DNA of 38,583 nt, taken from Promethearchaeota archaeon. GTDB taxonomy: Archaea > Asgardarchaeota > Lokiarchaeia > Sigyniarchaeales > SOKP01. The position numbers were made by a program, and so were the translations under genes. Below are positions 1 to 10,588 of the stretch, piece after piece. The DNA lies in NCBI GenBank assembly GCA_013375475.1, contig JABXKD010000034.1:1-38583 (forward strand). Reading direction: 5' to 3'. The stretch's first letter is position 1, and each line of letters starts with the position of its first letter. A model generated the notes under the pieces. The model did not search any database, was not told the origin of the DNA, and worked only from the letters and a program-made list of their open reading frames with translations.

Positions 1-190
1 CGATATTCTCTTCGTTAGCAACCTTAAGAATTTCAGAGATTTCATTGGCGTCCTTAGGTCTTATAACTATATCTGGAACTCCTTGTAATACCGGATCTAC
101 AACTCTCGAATAAGCATGTCTTACATATATACTGTTTGAGATGTATTTTTTTGAGACTATATTTTCAAGTTTTTGATATAATTCTGTCAA
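1..190 (-). CDS. FAD-binding oxidoreductase (GlcD/FAD_binding_4 family), N-terminal fragment running off the window
   Basis: Not in the ORF track. Manual translation from TTG at 190 gives MTELYQKLENIVSKKYISNSIYVRHAYSRVVDPVLQGVPDIVIRPKDANEISEILKVANEENI. The PDIVIRP...EI..IL motif matches the GlcD-type N-terminus and the paralog at 5345. Confidence 0.8.
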   Translation of the reverse strand, partial: MTELYQKLENIVSKKYISNSIYVRHAYSRVVDPVLQGVPDIVIRPKDANEISEILKVANEENI

Positions 191-275
191 GTCTTAAATC
201 CTTATTATTATAAAATAAAATAATATATATTAGATTTTTAATCTAATTTAATCTAATCTAAAAAAATATTAATTT

Positions 276-866
276 TTGAAGGATATGAATTTGGGAAAAA
301 AATATCTCACCATAGCAGTAGTAGTTATCCTTTTAATTATTCCAATTTTTTTTGGTGTTTACATTGATTTACTAATCGTAAATGAATTATCCTTAAGTGC
401 AGTGGTATTCCTGCTAGTTGGCTTTGCCGTTCTATTGGTAGTAGGAAAAATGATGGAAATTTTTGTGTATAGTAAAACGAGTAAAGAACTAATGAAACAA
501 CACGACGTTATTAAAGCTTTATTGAATGGAAATGATATAAAGGTGTTGTTAATTTTCTTCCCTTTAACCATGATAATGGAAGAATTCATTTTTCGCTATT
601 ATCTCATAGGTGTATTTTTGTACCAGTTAAATGTAGGTATTTTATTAGCTACTATAATTTCGAGCGTGATATTTTCACTATATCACCTACATATATGGTT
701 TAGATTTAAAGATTTAAAAATATTGATAACTTATCTTATAACTTCGTTTCTACTGGGAATCTATAACGCGCATATTCTTTTAACGCTTGGAATATTTGCA
801 TGTGTAATAGTTCATATCATTTTGGTCTTTATCTTGTATTACAGTCTTTACAAAAAACTTTCTTAA
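276..866 (+). CDS. CPBP-family (Rce1/Abi, CAAX protease-like) intramembrane protease
   Basis: Multiple TM segments, EEFIFR and FSLYH motifs. The last motif (VHIILV) lacks the usual HxxxN Asn. Start may be ATG at 285. Confidence 0.8.
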   Translation: MKDMNLGKKYLTIAVVVILLIIPIFFGVYIDLLIVNELSLSAVVFLLVGFAVLLVVGKMMEIFVYSKTSKELMKQHDVIKALLNGNDIKVLLIFFPLTMIMEEFIFRYYLIGVFLYQLNVGILLATIISSVIFSLYHLHIWFRFKDLKILITYLITSFLLGIYNAHILLTLGIFACVIVHIILVFILYYSLYKKLS

Positions 867-918
867 TGTTCTCTGATTATAGTTCTTATAATTAGAATAA
901 TTATTTTAAGTTAAAATT

Positions 919-1806
919 ATGAAATTATACTTTCGAGATTTAACTGTTAAGGATATTCCGGCGATTTTGGACATCAGTAAAGATATATGGGAAGGTGACG
1001 ATTACATTCCTGATGTTATTGAGAGATGGTTAAATGAAAAAGATAACTTGGCTTACGGCACTTTTCCTGACAAGGAAATGAAGGATTTAATTGGATTTGG
1101 AAGAGTAAAGATGTTTTCTAATGGTGTAGCTTGGCTAGAGGGCGGTCGAGTAAAGGTGTCTCACCAAAAAAAAGGAATTGGGCGCGTTCAGTTGAAATAC
1201 GCTATTGATTACGCAATTAAAGTTGGTGCTAGAGTCGCTCAATATGACACATCCTCAAGAAATTTTGGCTCTCTATCCTTAGCGAAAGTTCATGGGTTTA
1301 AGGAAAAAAAGAGGACGGAAGTTTTAGAAAGCGATATCAATGATATTTTTCTAAAAGAATATGATCTCTCTAATATCCGGAAAATTTCTAACGAAGAAGC
1401 GAAAAAGATTTATAAAACAATGAATATAGGTCCGGGGGACGAACTCAATATTGGTTGGTCGTATATACCTTTATCCAATTTAGAAGATAAAAGCTCACTG
1501 TGGGTAACGAATTCAGATGCAATTTTACAGAAAATTGATATTACGAGTCGAACTTTACCTGAAAAACCCCAAGAAAATGAAGTATGGATAGTAGTATATG
1601 GTGATCCTGCAGCTTCATCTCAATTAATATCTTATACGGTTGACCACGAGCTTAATAAAGAAGAAATTAATATAGTTGTAGTATATTGCCAAGCTGAAGC
1701 GTTAACACATATAAAAGAAATGGGGTTTAAAGATCCTTCCTGGGAAGAGGAACCCGTCGCGGTCGTTCTTGTTGAGAAAAACCTTAGAATAGAGAATTTA
1801 GAATAA
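919..1806 (+). CDS. GNAT-family N-acetyltransferase (NAT16-like N-terminal domain)
   Basis: DYIPDV..W and WLEGGRV...QKKGIG acetyl-CoA-binding motif A. Confidence 0.8.
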   Translation: MKLYFRDLTVKDIPAILDISKDIWEGDDYIPDVIERWLNEKDNLAYGTFPDKEMKDLIGFGRVKMFSNGVAWLEGGRVKVSHQKKGIGRVQLKYAIDYAIKVGARVAQYDTSSRNFGSLSLAKVHGFKEKKRTEVLESDINDIFLKEYDLSNIRKISNEEAKKIYKTMNIGPGDELNIGWSYIPLSNLEDKSSLWVTNSDAILQKIDITSRTLPEKPQENEVWIVVYGDPAASSQLISYTVDHELNKEEINIVVVYCQAEALTHIKEMGFKDPSWEEEPVAVVLVEKNLRIENLE

Positions 1807-1847
1807 AAAAAAAACATTGAATTATTTAGTTATATGTTTAAAATATC

Positions 1848-2159
1848 CTAGCCCTTTACTTTCTTACCCAATTGAACAACTAAAGGGATTAATTCTTTGG
1901 TATCCATTGCGGGTTCAATTTTAAAGAATTTAAATATTCCTGGTTTCGCAATTCTCCAAGCGCTAACATTGTTCATTAAAGCTTCAACGCTATCTGCCTC
2001 TGAAACAGATATACCCCAATATCCTGGGGCGATATACCATGCAAGTGTCTCAACTCCTTCAGCCGGGTATAATTTTCTTTTCATAAGGTCCACTCCGAGT
2101 TCTGCTAATTCAGTAGGATCAAATTCGGGATTAAGTTCAAAATATGATATAAATCTCAT
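1848..2159 (-). CDS. DUF3303-like small alpha/beta protein
   Basis: 103 aa; pattern (GVETLAWY...WGISVSEADSVEAL...IEPAMD) resembles DUF3303/GYD-like dimeric barrels. Confidence 0.6.
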   Translation of the reverse strand: MRFISYFELNPEFDPTELAELGVDLMKRKLYPAEGVETLAWYIAPGYWGISVSEADSVEALMNNVSAWRIAKPGIFKFFKIEPAMDTKELIPLVVQLGKKVKG

Positions 2160-2311
2160 GATTTTCTCATTTTATTTGTAATTTAATTAGATTTCATAGA
2201 TAGTTTCGAAATTACATCAATTCAATGCTAATGTAATCAACTATTTAAGTTTTACAAAGATGTAAAAAATTATTTAGTAAAAAGATAGAATAAAAAGAAA
2301 AAAAATTAGTA

Positions 2312-2839
2312 TTAGTAAGCTTCAGCTTTAGTAGATTTGTATCCTTTTCCACAAAAAACGCAATAAGTAATTCCATTTTGTTTTAGTTGCTCAAGCATTC
2401 TTTCCGTGTATTGACTTCCACATTCACTGCAATACACTGCATCTGGTAGAACTATTTGAATTTCTTTACGCGATGGTGCGATAATTTCCCTTTCCTCATA
2501 AGATTGTTGGGGTGGTTCTGGCTGCTCGCAACATTTTTTATCAGAAGGGACTTTAATAGGTTTAGGCTTTCCTGAAATCGCATAGTAAAGCTCTTCAAAA
2601 AGCTTGTATATTCCCACAAAGATTCCTTTTACAAGTAAGAAAGTCCCCTTTAATATATAGTAAATTAAATATGCAGTGCCTTTTAAGACATAATACACAA
2701 TAATTACTGCGAGAACTAAGACAGCTAAAGCCCCAATAATAAATAGAACTTGAGCATAAATGGGTATACTTAAAAACCAATTCATAAATTCTTCCCAATA
2801 TTGTAGTGCTTGTTCACCAATTTGTTCCCAATTAACCAT
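2312..2839 (-). CDS. Membrane protein with C-terminal zinc ribbon
   Basis: N-terminal TM and amphipathic helices, Pro/Gln linker, CSECG...CVFCG. Confidence 0.75.
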   Translation of the reverse strand: MVNWEQIGEQALQYWEEFMNWFLSIPIYAQVLFIIGALAVLVLAVIIVYYVLKGTAYLIYYILKGTFLLVKGIFVGIYKLFEELYYAISGKPKPIKVPSDKKCCEQPEPPQQSYEEREIIAPSRKEIQIVLPDAVYCSECGSQYTERMLEQLKQNGITYCVFCGKGYKSTKAEAY

Positions 2840-2998
2840 TAATAATCACTTCTTTGATTGTAATTTTATATGTTATTTTATTAATTAAAAGGAGTTTAAA
2901 GTTGATTATAAAAAAATTGGAGTCCAGTTTTTAGGTTTAATCAAAAAAAGAATTAAATTGAAAGAAATTAATAACCGTTAACTTTCAGTACTTCTAAT

Positions 2999-4390
2999 CT
3001 AAATTTTATTTGATACAGCAAAATCGTGCATAAATTTAAACGCCTTTATTGCGTGGCTTATTTGAGTCATTATTGGGATTTTATATTTATCCGAATGTTT
3101 TAAGAAGTATTCAACAATCCAACGGGAACCAAAAACGCAAGTTATAATAGGTTTATTCAGCTTAGTTGATAGATTTCTCATTTCCCTCAATTGTGGTGTT
3201 ATAGGTAGAGAAAATGCTTTTATGGGCATTTGGGGGACAGCAAAAATGTATAATAAAGCGTCAACACACTCGTCGTTTAGTATTGCCTTTAAAGAATGAC
3301 TAAAAGTAGTAAACAAAGAAGGTCCTAGGTCGACAGGATTCTTCAAAGAAGTCCAATTGGGTGAAACAGATTTCATTTTTTGTATAGTAAGTTCATTCAA
3401 AACTGCAAGATTTAGGCCTAGTCTTTCAATTTCGTCGCACGCGATTATCCCCAAACTTCCAGAAGATGTAATTATTGCAATGTTCTTTCCTTTAGGTAAG
3501 GGTTGAGTGGCAAATACTTGAGCGATATTAAACATCTCGTAAAAATTATTTACACGATAAATGCCTGAATACTGTTTGAAAATTGTATCGTAGATTTTAT
3601 CGTTTCCAGCGATAGAACCCGTGTGACTCAATACCGCTTTAGAACCAATTTCGCTACGACCATTTTTTAGAATTAAAACGGGCTTTGTCAACTTTCTTAA
3701 TATTTCTACTAACTTTGGTCCTCGTTTAACGCCTTCTAAATAAACAGTTATAACATTTGTATTCGCATCTTTCTCAAGATATTCCAATATATCAATCTCA
3801 TCAACATCTACTTTATTTCCAAGAGTAATTGTTTTCGAAAAGCCAATTTTCTGACTTGCTGACCATTCAATAAATATATTTCCTAACACACCTGACTGCG
3901 CAATAACAGAAATAGTTCCTCCGTCTATAGATTGAGTAAAATCTGTTTCTGCGGTTGTAAATTTGTTGTTGAAATTAGTAATGCCTACACAATTTGGCCC
4001 AATTATTCTTACATTCGAATTTTTAGCAATTTTCTCTATCTCTTCTTGAATTTTTACAAGTTCTTTGATGCCGGTCTCAGCAAATCCCGCAGTTTCTATG
4101 ATGATTCCTTTAACTCCTTTTTTTACAGAATCTTTTACTGTTTGAAGAACAAATTCATTCCTTACTATTATAATTACCAATTCGATATCATCGGGTATAT
4201 CATTAATATTTTTGAACACTTTATGACCAAAAATAAAATCTTTATTTATATTTACAGGATATGTTTTAAAATTCGAACTCAGTAAATATTTTGTCATATT
4301 ATAACCAAATTTGAAAGTGTCTGAAGCACCTATAATTGCAATAGATTTCGGATTAAAGAAAACATCCATATCAGTTATCTGATCACTCAT
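2999..4390 (-). CDS. acdA: ADP-forming acyl-CoA synthetase (acetate--CoA ligase) alpha subunit
   Basis: FNPKSIAIIGAS CoA-binding start, GPNCVG, QSG, LGNKVDV, catalytic His in SHTGS, NPVDL. Confidence 0.9.
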   Translation of the reverse strand: MSDQITDMDVFFNPKSIAIIGASDTFKFGYNMTKYLLSSNFKTYPVNINKDFIFGHKVFKNINDIPDDIELVIIIVRNEFVLQTVKDSVKKGVKGIIIETAGFAETGIKELVKIQEEIEKIAKNSNVRIIGPNCVGITNFNNKFTTAETDFTQSIDGGTISVIAQSGVLGNIFIEWSASQKIGFSKTITLGNKVDVDEIDILEYLEKDANTNVITVYLEGVKRGPKLVEILRKLTKPVLILKNGRSEIGSKAVLSHTGSIAGNDKIYDTIFKQYSGIYRVNNFYEMFNIAQVFATQPLPKGKNIAIITSSGSLGIIACDEIERLGLNLAVLNELTIQKMKSVSPNWTSLKNPVDLGPSLFTTFSHSLKAILNDECVDALLYIFAVPQMPIKAFSLPITPQLREMRNLSTKLNKPIITCVFGSRWIVEYFLKHSDKYKIPIMTQISHAIKAFKFMHDFAVSNKI

Positions 4391-4557
4391 AATATATTTT
4401 CTCCCTTTGAAAAGAGTACATAAAAGGATATTATTTATTTAACTTAAAACTTAGTTTTGAAGGATGAAACGATATTATTTTCGAAATTAGAGGTATTTAT
4501 ATTCCAAGATGTAGATAAAGGATAAGACGAAAAAATACATTAGGTTTTAAAATTCTA

Positions 4558-5097
4558 ATGGAAGCAATAACAGTTAATAGGTATATTGAGGTCATATGTC
4601 CCGTTTGTAAGTCAAAAAAAGTAATTCAAGTTCCCAAATCAGTGGTAAATCAAGCATCCCAATTAACTACTATCTCGGTTCCTCAAGATAAAATATGTCA
4701 ACATCACTTTCAATTATTCCTAGACAAAAATTTCTCAATTCGGGGGTATCAGAAAGTAGATTTTCAATTAGATCCAGAAGATAAAAAAAAGGAAAAGAGA
4801 CTTAAACCTAGTTATAAGGATCACTTTGTTGATAGCTTAGATCTTTACCAAACTAATAAGTCAGAAAACAATAGTTCAAAAAAAGTTCCAGAGAAACCGA
4901 ATTTTAGAAAGAGTAGAAGCAATTTCGAAGAAAATTTTAATAAAAAGAATAATATGAATTTGGAAGAGATTTATGAAGAATTTTGGGAATTTATTGATGA
5001 TAACAATGAGATTTTTCGGAAGTTTATTATTAACGATAAAAAAAGGAGAACACTTTTGAGAATGAGAGATTTTTCTTCACTACCCAATAATGGTTAA
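4558..5097 (+). CDS. Hypothetical protein with N-terminal Cys/His zinc-binding domain
   Basis: CPVC...ICQHHF..FLDKNFSIRGYQ, low-complexity linker, C-terminal LEEIYEEFWEFI helix. Confidence 0.65.
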   Translation: MEAITVNRYIEVICPVCKSKKVIQVPKSVVNQASQLTTISVPQDKICQHHFQLFLDKNFSIRGYQKVDFQLDPEDKKKEKRLKPSYKDHFVDSLDLYQTNKSENNSSKKVPEKPNFRKSRSNFEENFNKKNNMNLEEIYEEFWEFIDDNNEIFRKFIINDKKRRTLLRMRDFSSLPNNG

Positions 5098-5344
5098 TTC
5101 GAAAATATTTTTTAATTACTTATCAAATCTTCTAGTTTAAGGCTATATTTTAAGACATTTATTTCAGTTTGGAATATATAACTTCATAGCATTCATCCAT
5201 AAAATTATAAGCAAAAAACATCTATTTCATGAAATATTGTAATAACAAATTTAAAATTAAGCAATTAATTTTCGAAAGTATAAATAAAGAATATTTAATC
5301 TAAATTCTAAATTATAAAAATTAAAGACAATAAGGTATTAAAAT

Positions 5345-6832
5345 ATGAGCTATAAATTAGCAAATGATAAAGATTTAGAAGCAATGATTGGTATTGTAGG
5401 CAAGGAGTACGCCACCAATAACAAGGCAATTACAGCGTCATATCTTTCCAAATCTGTAATGGGATTAGAATCACAAATTCCAGATATCGTCGTACGTCCT
5501 AAATACATAGAAGAGATTCGTAAAATACTACTTTACTGCTCTGCAGAAAAAATCGCTGTCTCACCTATTTCAGCCGGATTATCTGGCGGTTTTGCGTGTC
5601 CAACTATTAAGCCTGCTGGAGTTATGCTTGATTTAGGTAGAATGGATAGAATTATCGAAGTTGATACAGAAAATCGATACGTTGTAGTCGAACCGGGAGT
5701 CACGATTGGAAAGCTTTGGGCTTATATGCACAAAAATTATCCAGAGTGGGCTCCTCCCGTACCAGACGGTGCTCCACCAGCCTCTACCGTAATGGGAGAT
5801 GCTATCGATCGAGGATTTTCCCTCTACACTAGCTCCGTTGGTCCACAAGGTGATAACTTTATGTGCGGTGAGATAGTGTTTCCAAACGGAGATATTGTGC
5901 GAACAGGTTCGTGGGCATTACCTTTTGCGAAACCATTCTATAAATATGGACTAGGTCCAGATATCTGGTCCTTTTTAATGGGTTCACAAGGTACTCTTGG
6001 CGTAATGACTAAAGTCGCAGTCAAAATATATCCACATCCAAAATTTAAAACTGTAGTTGTATGGGGTATGTCCAATCCTGAAGATATGCAGAACCTAACA
6101 TTAGAAATTGGAAAGCAGGAATTTGGAATTGCTCACAACACCGTTATGGTTCAAGGAGGGAATTATCCTTTAGTAATGGCACGTTGGCCAAAGGATAAAG
6201 TTCCTCACGATTACGAATTCTATGAAGAGTTAGGAATTAGTAAATGGTGGATGAATTGGGAGTGCTGGGCACAAACTCAAGAGGAGTTAGATTATGTAGT
6301 TAATAGAATCAATAAAATGGCTGAAGATTTCAAGAAAAATAGAGCTAAAGACCCTGATAGTATAAAACCTCAGGAACTACATCCCAAACAAATCGCAAGC
6401 AGATTGAAGAAACCCAATAAAATTGCGGTCCCTTATGCTTTTTGGGAGGCTGGATTTTTATTCATTACTTTCTATACCCCCTGGAATGAATGTGCCCATT
6501 TTGCGAAAATGTATACGGCTGCAATGAAGAAATACGGTTTTCCAGAAGTTATGTGGATTGCTAGTATTGAGCGTTGTAGGCAAGCAATTTGCATGCCAAT
6601 TATTTGTTTCGATAGCACAAAACAATCAGATTTTGAAAAAGTTCAAGAGATGAATAGAGAAACAACGGAGTACGCACTTAAGCAAGGGTGGTTGAATTAT
6701 CGTCCAGATCCATACATCCACGCACCTCTCACTTATTCTCAAGCAGGAATGTATTGGAAATATTTGAGAACGATGAAAAAGATTTTTGATCCTAATATGA
6801 TAATGCATCCTGGGAGGCTTGCTCTTCCATAA
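5345..6832 (+). CDS. FAD-binding oxidoreductase (VAO/PCMH superfamily, GlcD/D-2-hydroxyacid dehydrogenase-like)
   Basis: PDIVVRP, VVVEPGVT, GSQGTLGVMTK, C-terminal FDPNMIMHPG. Confidence 0.9.
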   Translation: MSYKLANDKDLEAMIGIVGKEYATNNKAITASYLSKSVMGLESQIPDIVVRPKYIEEIRKILLYCSAEKIAVSPISAGLSGGFACPTIKPAGVMLDLGRMDRIIEVDTENRYVVVEPGVTIGKLWAYMHKNYPEWAPPVPDGAPPASTVMGDAIDRGFSLYTSSVGPQGDNFMCGEIVFPNGDIVRTGSWALPFAKPFYKYGLGPDIWSFLMGSQGTLGVMTKVAVKIYPHPKFKTVVVWGMSNPEDMQNLTLEIGKQEFGIAHNTVMVQGGNYPLVMARWPKDKVPHDYEFYEELGISKWWMNWECWAQTQEELDYVVNRINKMAEDFKKNRAKDPDSIKPQELHPKQIASRLKKPNKIAVPYAFWEAGFLFITFYTPWNECAHFAKMYTAAMKKYGFPEVMWIASIERCRQAICMPIICFDSTKQSDFEKVQEMNRETTEYALKQGWLNYRPDPYIHAPLTYSQAGMYWKYLRTMKKIFDPNMIMHPGRLALP

Positions 6833-6840
6833 CTGAGTAA

Positions 6841-6846
6841 GGAGGT
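6841..6846 (+). promoter_or_regulatory. Shine-Dalgarno site for the Fe-S protein gene
   Basis: GGAGGT 8 nt upstream of ATG 6855 in a 22-nt intergenic gap. Confidence 0.7.
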
Positions 6847-6854
6847 AAAAAAAA

Positions 6855-8216
6855 ATGGCTAAAACTGGAATGGAAAGATTAAAAGAATTGGAGAAGGAAA
6901 TATATAAGTGTATCCACTGTAAAGCGTGTAGGTTTGCTTATTCGGGAGAGCCTAGTAGAGAGGGAATAGGAGAATTCGCTGGAAAACAAGGTACAGTTCT
7001 TTACGAAGGAATGCTTGACGCGTGTCCTGCGGGAATAGAATACGGTTGGGAAGCGTTTTGGAATGCAGGAAAAATGTGGATTGCTCGTTCAATTTTAAGC
7101 GGAGATTTAGAATTTTCAGAAGAAGTAAGAGATGTCATTATGCCTTGCATTACGTGTGGGCAATGTTCTTCCCAATGTGAGAACAAAATACCCACAGTAG
7201 ACATAATTGAATCTTTACGAGCTGCTTGCGTTGAAGCTGGCATCCCTATGATCGAGAAACATCAATTAGTTGATAAGTTGGTCAAACAATTGAACAATCC
7301 TTACGGAGGAAAAGCAGAAGAGCGATTAAAGTGGGCAGAAGACGCTGGTTTAGGGAAGTATATCAACAATAAAAACGCGAAAATTGGATATTACGTTGGC
7401 TGTACTGCTAGTTATCGACAAGTCGAAGTTGCTATCGCTACAGCAAAAATTTTCGAACAGTTAGGAGTAGATTTCACATTAATCGAAGACGAAGTATGCT
7501 GCGGTAGCCCTTTCTTTAGAGTTGGCGCTGTTAACACTGGTCAAGAGCTAATGAACAAAAATCTAGAAAGTTTTAAGAATATGGAAGAAGTTTTATTTTC
7601 TTGCGCCGGTTGTTATAGAACTTTTACGATTGATTACCCAAAATGGATGACTAACGGAGAAAAACTTCCATTTAAGACAATGCACGCATTTGAGTACGTC
7701 TCTAATCTGATCAAGGAAGGAAAAATTAAATTCAAACCGAACAAAGAACTCAAAGGAAAAGTAGTCACCTATCACGATCCTTGTCACACGGGAAGACATT
7801 TTGCTCATGAGATGGAGCAATCTATGATCAAGGACTCGAAGAATTTAATGATGGACATGCGCAAAATCAATAAGATGATCGAAGATTGGTTCGATATTCC
7901 ACGAGTTATTCTGCGTAAACTTGAAGAAGATGTCGGAATTAAATTTATCGAGATGTATCGAATAAAAAATCATTCAATGTGTTGTGGTGCGGGTGGAGGA
8001 GTAAGAGCAGGATACCCTGATTTCTCATTACGGACTGCAAGTCTGAGATGTGATGAAGCAAATGCCGTAGGTGCAGATATTTTAACAACTGAATGCCCAT
8101 TTTGCTGGAGGAATCTAACTGATGCGAATGATCTCTACAATCATGGTATGCAGGTAATGGGACTTCTCGAAATGATAGCGACCTATAAATTATTAGATAC
8201 TACAAATTTAAAATAA
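6855..8216 (+). CDS. (Fe-S)-binding CCG-domain protein (HdrD/GlcF-like)
   Basis: CIHCKAC...CP and CITCGQC...C ferredoxin motifs, two CCG motifs, YHDPCH, ECPFC. Confidence 0.9.
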   Translation: MAKTGMERLKELEKEIYKCIHCKACRFAYSGEPSREGIGEFAGKQGTVLYEGMLDACPAGIEYGWEAFWNAGKMWIARSILSGDLEFSEEVRDVIMPCITCGQCSSQCENKIPTVDIIESLRAACVEAGIPMIEKHQLVDKLVKQLNNPYGGKAEERLKWAEDAGLGKYINNKNAKIGYYVGCTASYRQVEVAIATAKIFEQLGVDFTLIEDEVCCGSPFFRVGAVNTGQELMNKNLESFKNMEEVLFSCAGCYRTFTIDYPKWMTNGEKLPFKTMHAFEYVSNLIKEGKIKFKPNKELKGKVVTYHDPCHTGRHFAHEMEQSMIKDSKNLMMDMRKINKMIEDWFDIPRVILRKLEEDVGIKFIEMYRIKNHSMCCGAGGGVRAGYPDFSLRTASLRCDEANAVGADILTTECPFCWRNLTDANDLYNHGMQVMGLLEMIATYKLLDTTNLK

Positions 8217-8219
8217 GCG

Positions 8220-8250
8220 AGGAGTATAACTCCTTTTTTTATCTTTTTTT
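8220..8250 (+). terminator. Hairpin plus U-tract terminator after the oxidoreductase operon
   Basis: AGGAGT-ATA-ACTCCT stem (8220-8234) followed by T-runs, just after the stop, between convergent genes. Confidence 0.55.
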
Positions 8251-8290
8251 GATTTTTATTATTTTTCTATTATTTTAATAACTACTAAAA

Positions 8291-9496
8291 TCAGTAGTTA
8301 GAAAGCATTTCTAAAAACGCTTCCATTCGCGTCATAATTTGTCCTGGTGCGAAATTTCTTTCATCTACACAATCTACATCTAAATGGATCAGGGGAATTC
8401 CTATTTTTTGAAGAGCATCCTTAAATAATACTCTTGCACCTGCAGATTGACGACATCCCCAATGGGCAGGATTTATCGCACCATCAATTTTGTAGTCTTG
8501 TGCTAATCGCGTAATTACTTCGAGTCGTCTATCAGCCGGACCAACTAAGGGGTGAGTCATTATTCGATTAGCAAGGCTCCTTAAAGGCTCATTTTCATCC
8601 ATAGGTTCCCACCAAATGTGATTAAGTTCGTCAATTACAATTTTTGCGCCATAATTTTCTTCTAAAATTCTCAAAATATCAGTTTTAAACTGAATTCTAT
8701 TTTGGATCCACATTAATCGGTATTTTTCTTCTAGTAAACCACTAATGGTGTTATCGACTCGAGATTTGAATTCGTCTCTGTATAATTTTACGACTTCAAC
8801 GCCTTCTTCTGTTCCTAATAGCATTAAAATCATTATGAAATTTTTTAAGTCGTTTGAGTTTGCAGGGCTTGGGACATTCATACATAGATTGTTTAATTCT
8901 ATTAAGTAGTTTCTTGCTTCATTGTTGTATTTGATTGACTTTTTAAGCATATCGTAATCTAAATTACGACCAGTTTCGTTATCGATGTATTCAATCATCT
9001 GTTCGAACTGGTTTGTTAAATAATCAACAGATTTTGGAGTTACCTCAATTGGAATGTTTAAAATAAAGACTTCCTTATTAAAGATTTCTCCAATGCGTTT
9101 TAACGCTTTAACACCCCCATTACAGGGAATGCTTGCCCCAATGAGCACATCTGGTTCTGGTAGGAGTCCATCCATAGCAGCGCCTATTATTGTTCTATGG
9201 TAAGAGCAGCTATCTGTGGAAAAACCTTTACTCTCAGAAATGTCAAGATATTTGCTTGACATTCCTGTACTCGCGAGCATCGCTCCAAAAAATTCAACAA
9301 ACATACCAGAAACGCCCATAGAACTGAGAATTTCGTAAGGAACGAAAACAGTTGTCCAACCAATTGACCAATTATCGTCAAATATCCGCGATCCAATTCG
9401 TGCTACTTCATAAACAAATTTTCTACGCGCAGTAGTCTTTGCTTCAAGTTTAGCTTTTAGGCTTGCTTCTAGTTGTGTAAAGTATTTCTCTAACAT
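8291..9496 (-). CDS. 2-hydroxyacyl-CoA dehydratase family subunit (HgdA/FldB/BcrB-like)
   Basis: DSCSYH, PCNG and WGCRQ cluster ligands; TRMEAFLE C-terminus. Confidence 0.88.
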   Translation of the reverse strand: MLEKYFTQLEASLKAKLEAKTTARRKFVYEVARIGSRIFDDNWSIGWTTVFVPYEILSSMGVSGMFVEFFGAMLASTGMSSKYLDISESKGFSTDSCSYHRTIIGAAMDGLLPEPDVLIGASIPCNGGVKALKRIGEIFNKEVFILNIPIEVTPKSVDYLTNQFEQMIEYIDNETGRNLDYDMLKKSIKYNNEARNYLIELNNLCMNVPSPANSNDLKNFIMILMLLGTEEGVEVVKLYRDEFKSRVDNTISGLLEEKYRLMWIQNRIQFKTDILRILEENYGAKIVIDELNHIWWEPMDENEPLRSLANRIMTHPLVGPADRRLEVITRLAQDYKIDGAINPAHWGCRQSAGARVLFKDALQKIGIPLIHLDVDCVDERNFAPGQIMTRMEAFLEMLSNY

Positions 9497-9529
9497 GTTA
9501 ATGGTTACTATTTTAATCCACCTTTTTTT

Positions 9530-10588
9530 TTAACTTTTAATAATTTCAGAAAAAGCTTCTATTCTTGTTCTAATTTGATTAATGTTCCCTAAACCCCCAT
9601 CGCTTTCAATAAATAACACATTTAAGTCCTTTTCATTCAACAAAGTTTTCAAAGTGGGGACATCATATAAACAAGTATCACAAAATTTTAATGAATGGTA
9701 AATAACTCCATCGACATCGAATTTTTTTGCTATATTATAAATTTTTTGTACTCTCTCCTTTATTTGCATCATTCGAGCACATGGAGTTCTATTTAAATAA
9801 GCTTCACTTAAGGATGCCATTAGATCGTGAGAATCTTTTATAACTAGATCGAAAAATTTGCTGCCAGTGCAGAGATCTTCGTAAACCACATTCAATCCAA
9901 TCTCTTCTAAAAACGAGATAAAGTCGATTTCGTGTAAAGGACTTCCGGATAAAAGTATTCGAGGGTTGCTATTTGTAGCCCCTTTTGTAGTTTGCAATTT
10001 TTTACTTTCTAAAATACCCTGGGTTTTATCGTTCCAGATTTTTGGTTCAGTTTTGAAGAAATCTGAAGTAAGCTCCATTAAATCTGTTCCTGATATCGAG
10101 GGCGGATTTTCTATTCTTAAAGAATTTAATTGGTTGTATATTAAACGAGATTCTTTAAAAACTTTAATAGCATTCTTTATGTCACTATCATTGATAGTGA
10201 TTGATGCGTGTTTTTCCAACGCAGTTTTAAGCTTATTAAACTCCTCCCTAAGATAGTTCGCTCCTATCGATAACTCTCCCATAGGAATGTCTAAAATATA
10301 TATAAATTTCGTAGGAACGTACCTTTTCCAAACATCGTGAAGGCGTCGCATGGCATCGCAAGAATTTACGAAGACTAATCCCTCAAGAAAGTCGTAGCCT
10401 CCATTAATCGCTACATCAATAGTAGATTTTACAAATTGACAAAAGTTTGGATGAATATACGAATCTGCGTTTTGAGGAGGTTCAGAATGACCAATGATGC
10501 GATAAGGAAGGAATCCCGCAGCATAAATTAGCTCTAAAGGGGTATAACTACACATCCACCCAATATATTTCTTATCCGTTGTTATAAT
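9530..10588 (-). CDS. 2-hydroxyacyl-CoA dehydratase family subunit (HgdB/FldC/BcrC-like); probable ATT start
   Basis: CSYTPLELI.AAG, FCQFVK, NSCDAMRR, KFCD, TRIEAF. Conserved KKYIGW lies upstream of the track ATG (10555). AAGGAG SD sits 9 nt before ATT at 10588. Family call is secure; the start is uncertain. Confidence 0.85.
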   Translation of the reverse strand: MITTDKKYIGWMCSYTPLELIYAAGFLPYRIIGHSEPPQNADSYIHPNFCQFVKSTIDVAINGGYDFLEGLVFVNSCDAMRRLHDVWKRYVPTKFIYILDIPMGELSIGANYLREEFNKLKTALEKHASITINDSDIKNAIKVFKESRLIYNQLNSLRIENPPSISGTDLMELTSDFFKTEPKIWNDKTQGILESKKLQTTKGATNSNPRILLSGSPLHEIDFISFLEEIGLNVVYEDLCTGSKFFDLVIKDSHDLMASLSEAYLNRTPCARMMQIKERVQKIYNIAKKFDVDGVIYHSLKFCDTCLYDVPTLKTLLNEKDLNVLFIESDGGLGNINQIRTRIEAFSEIIKS

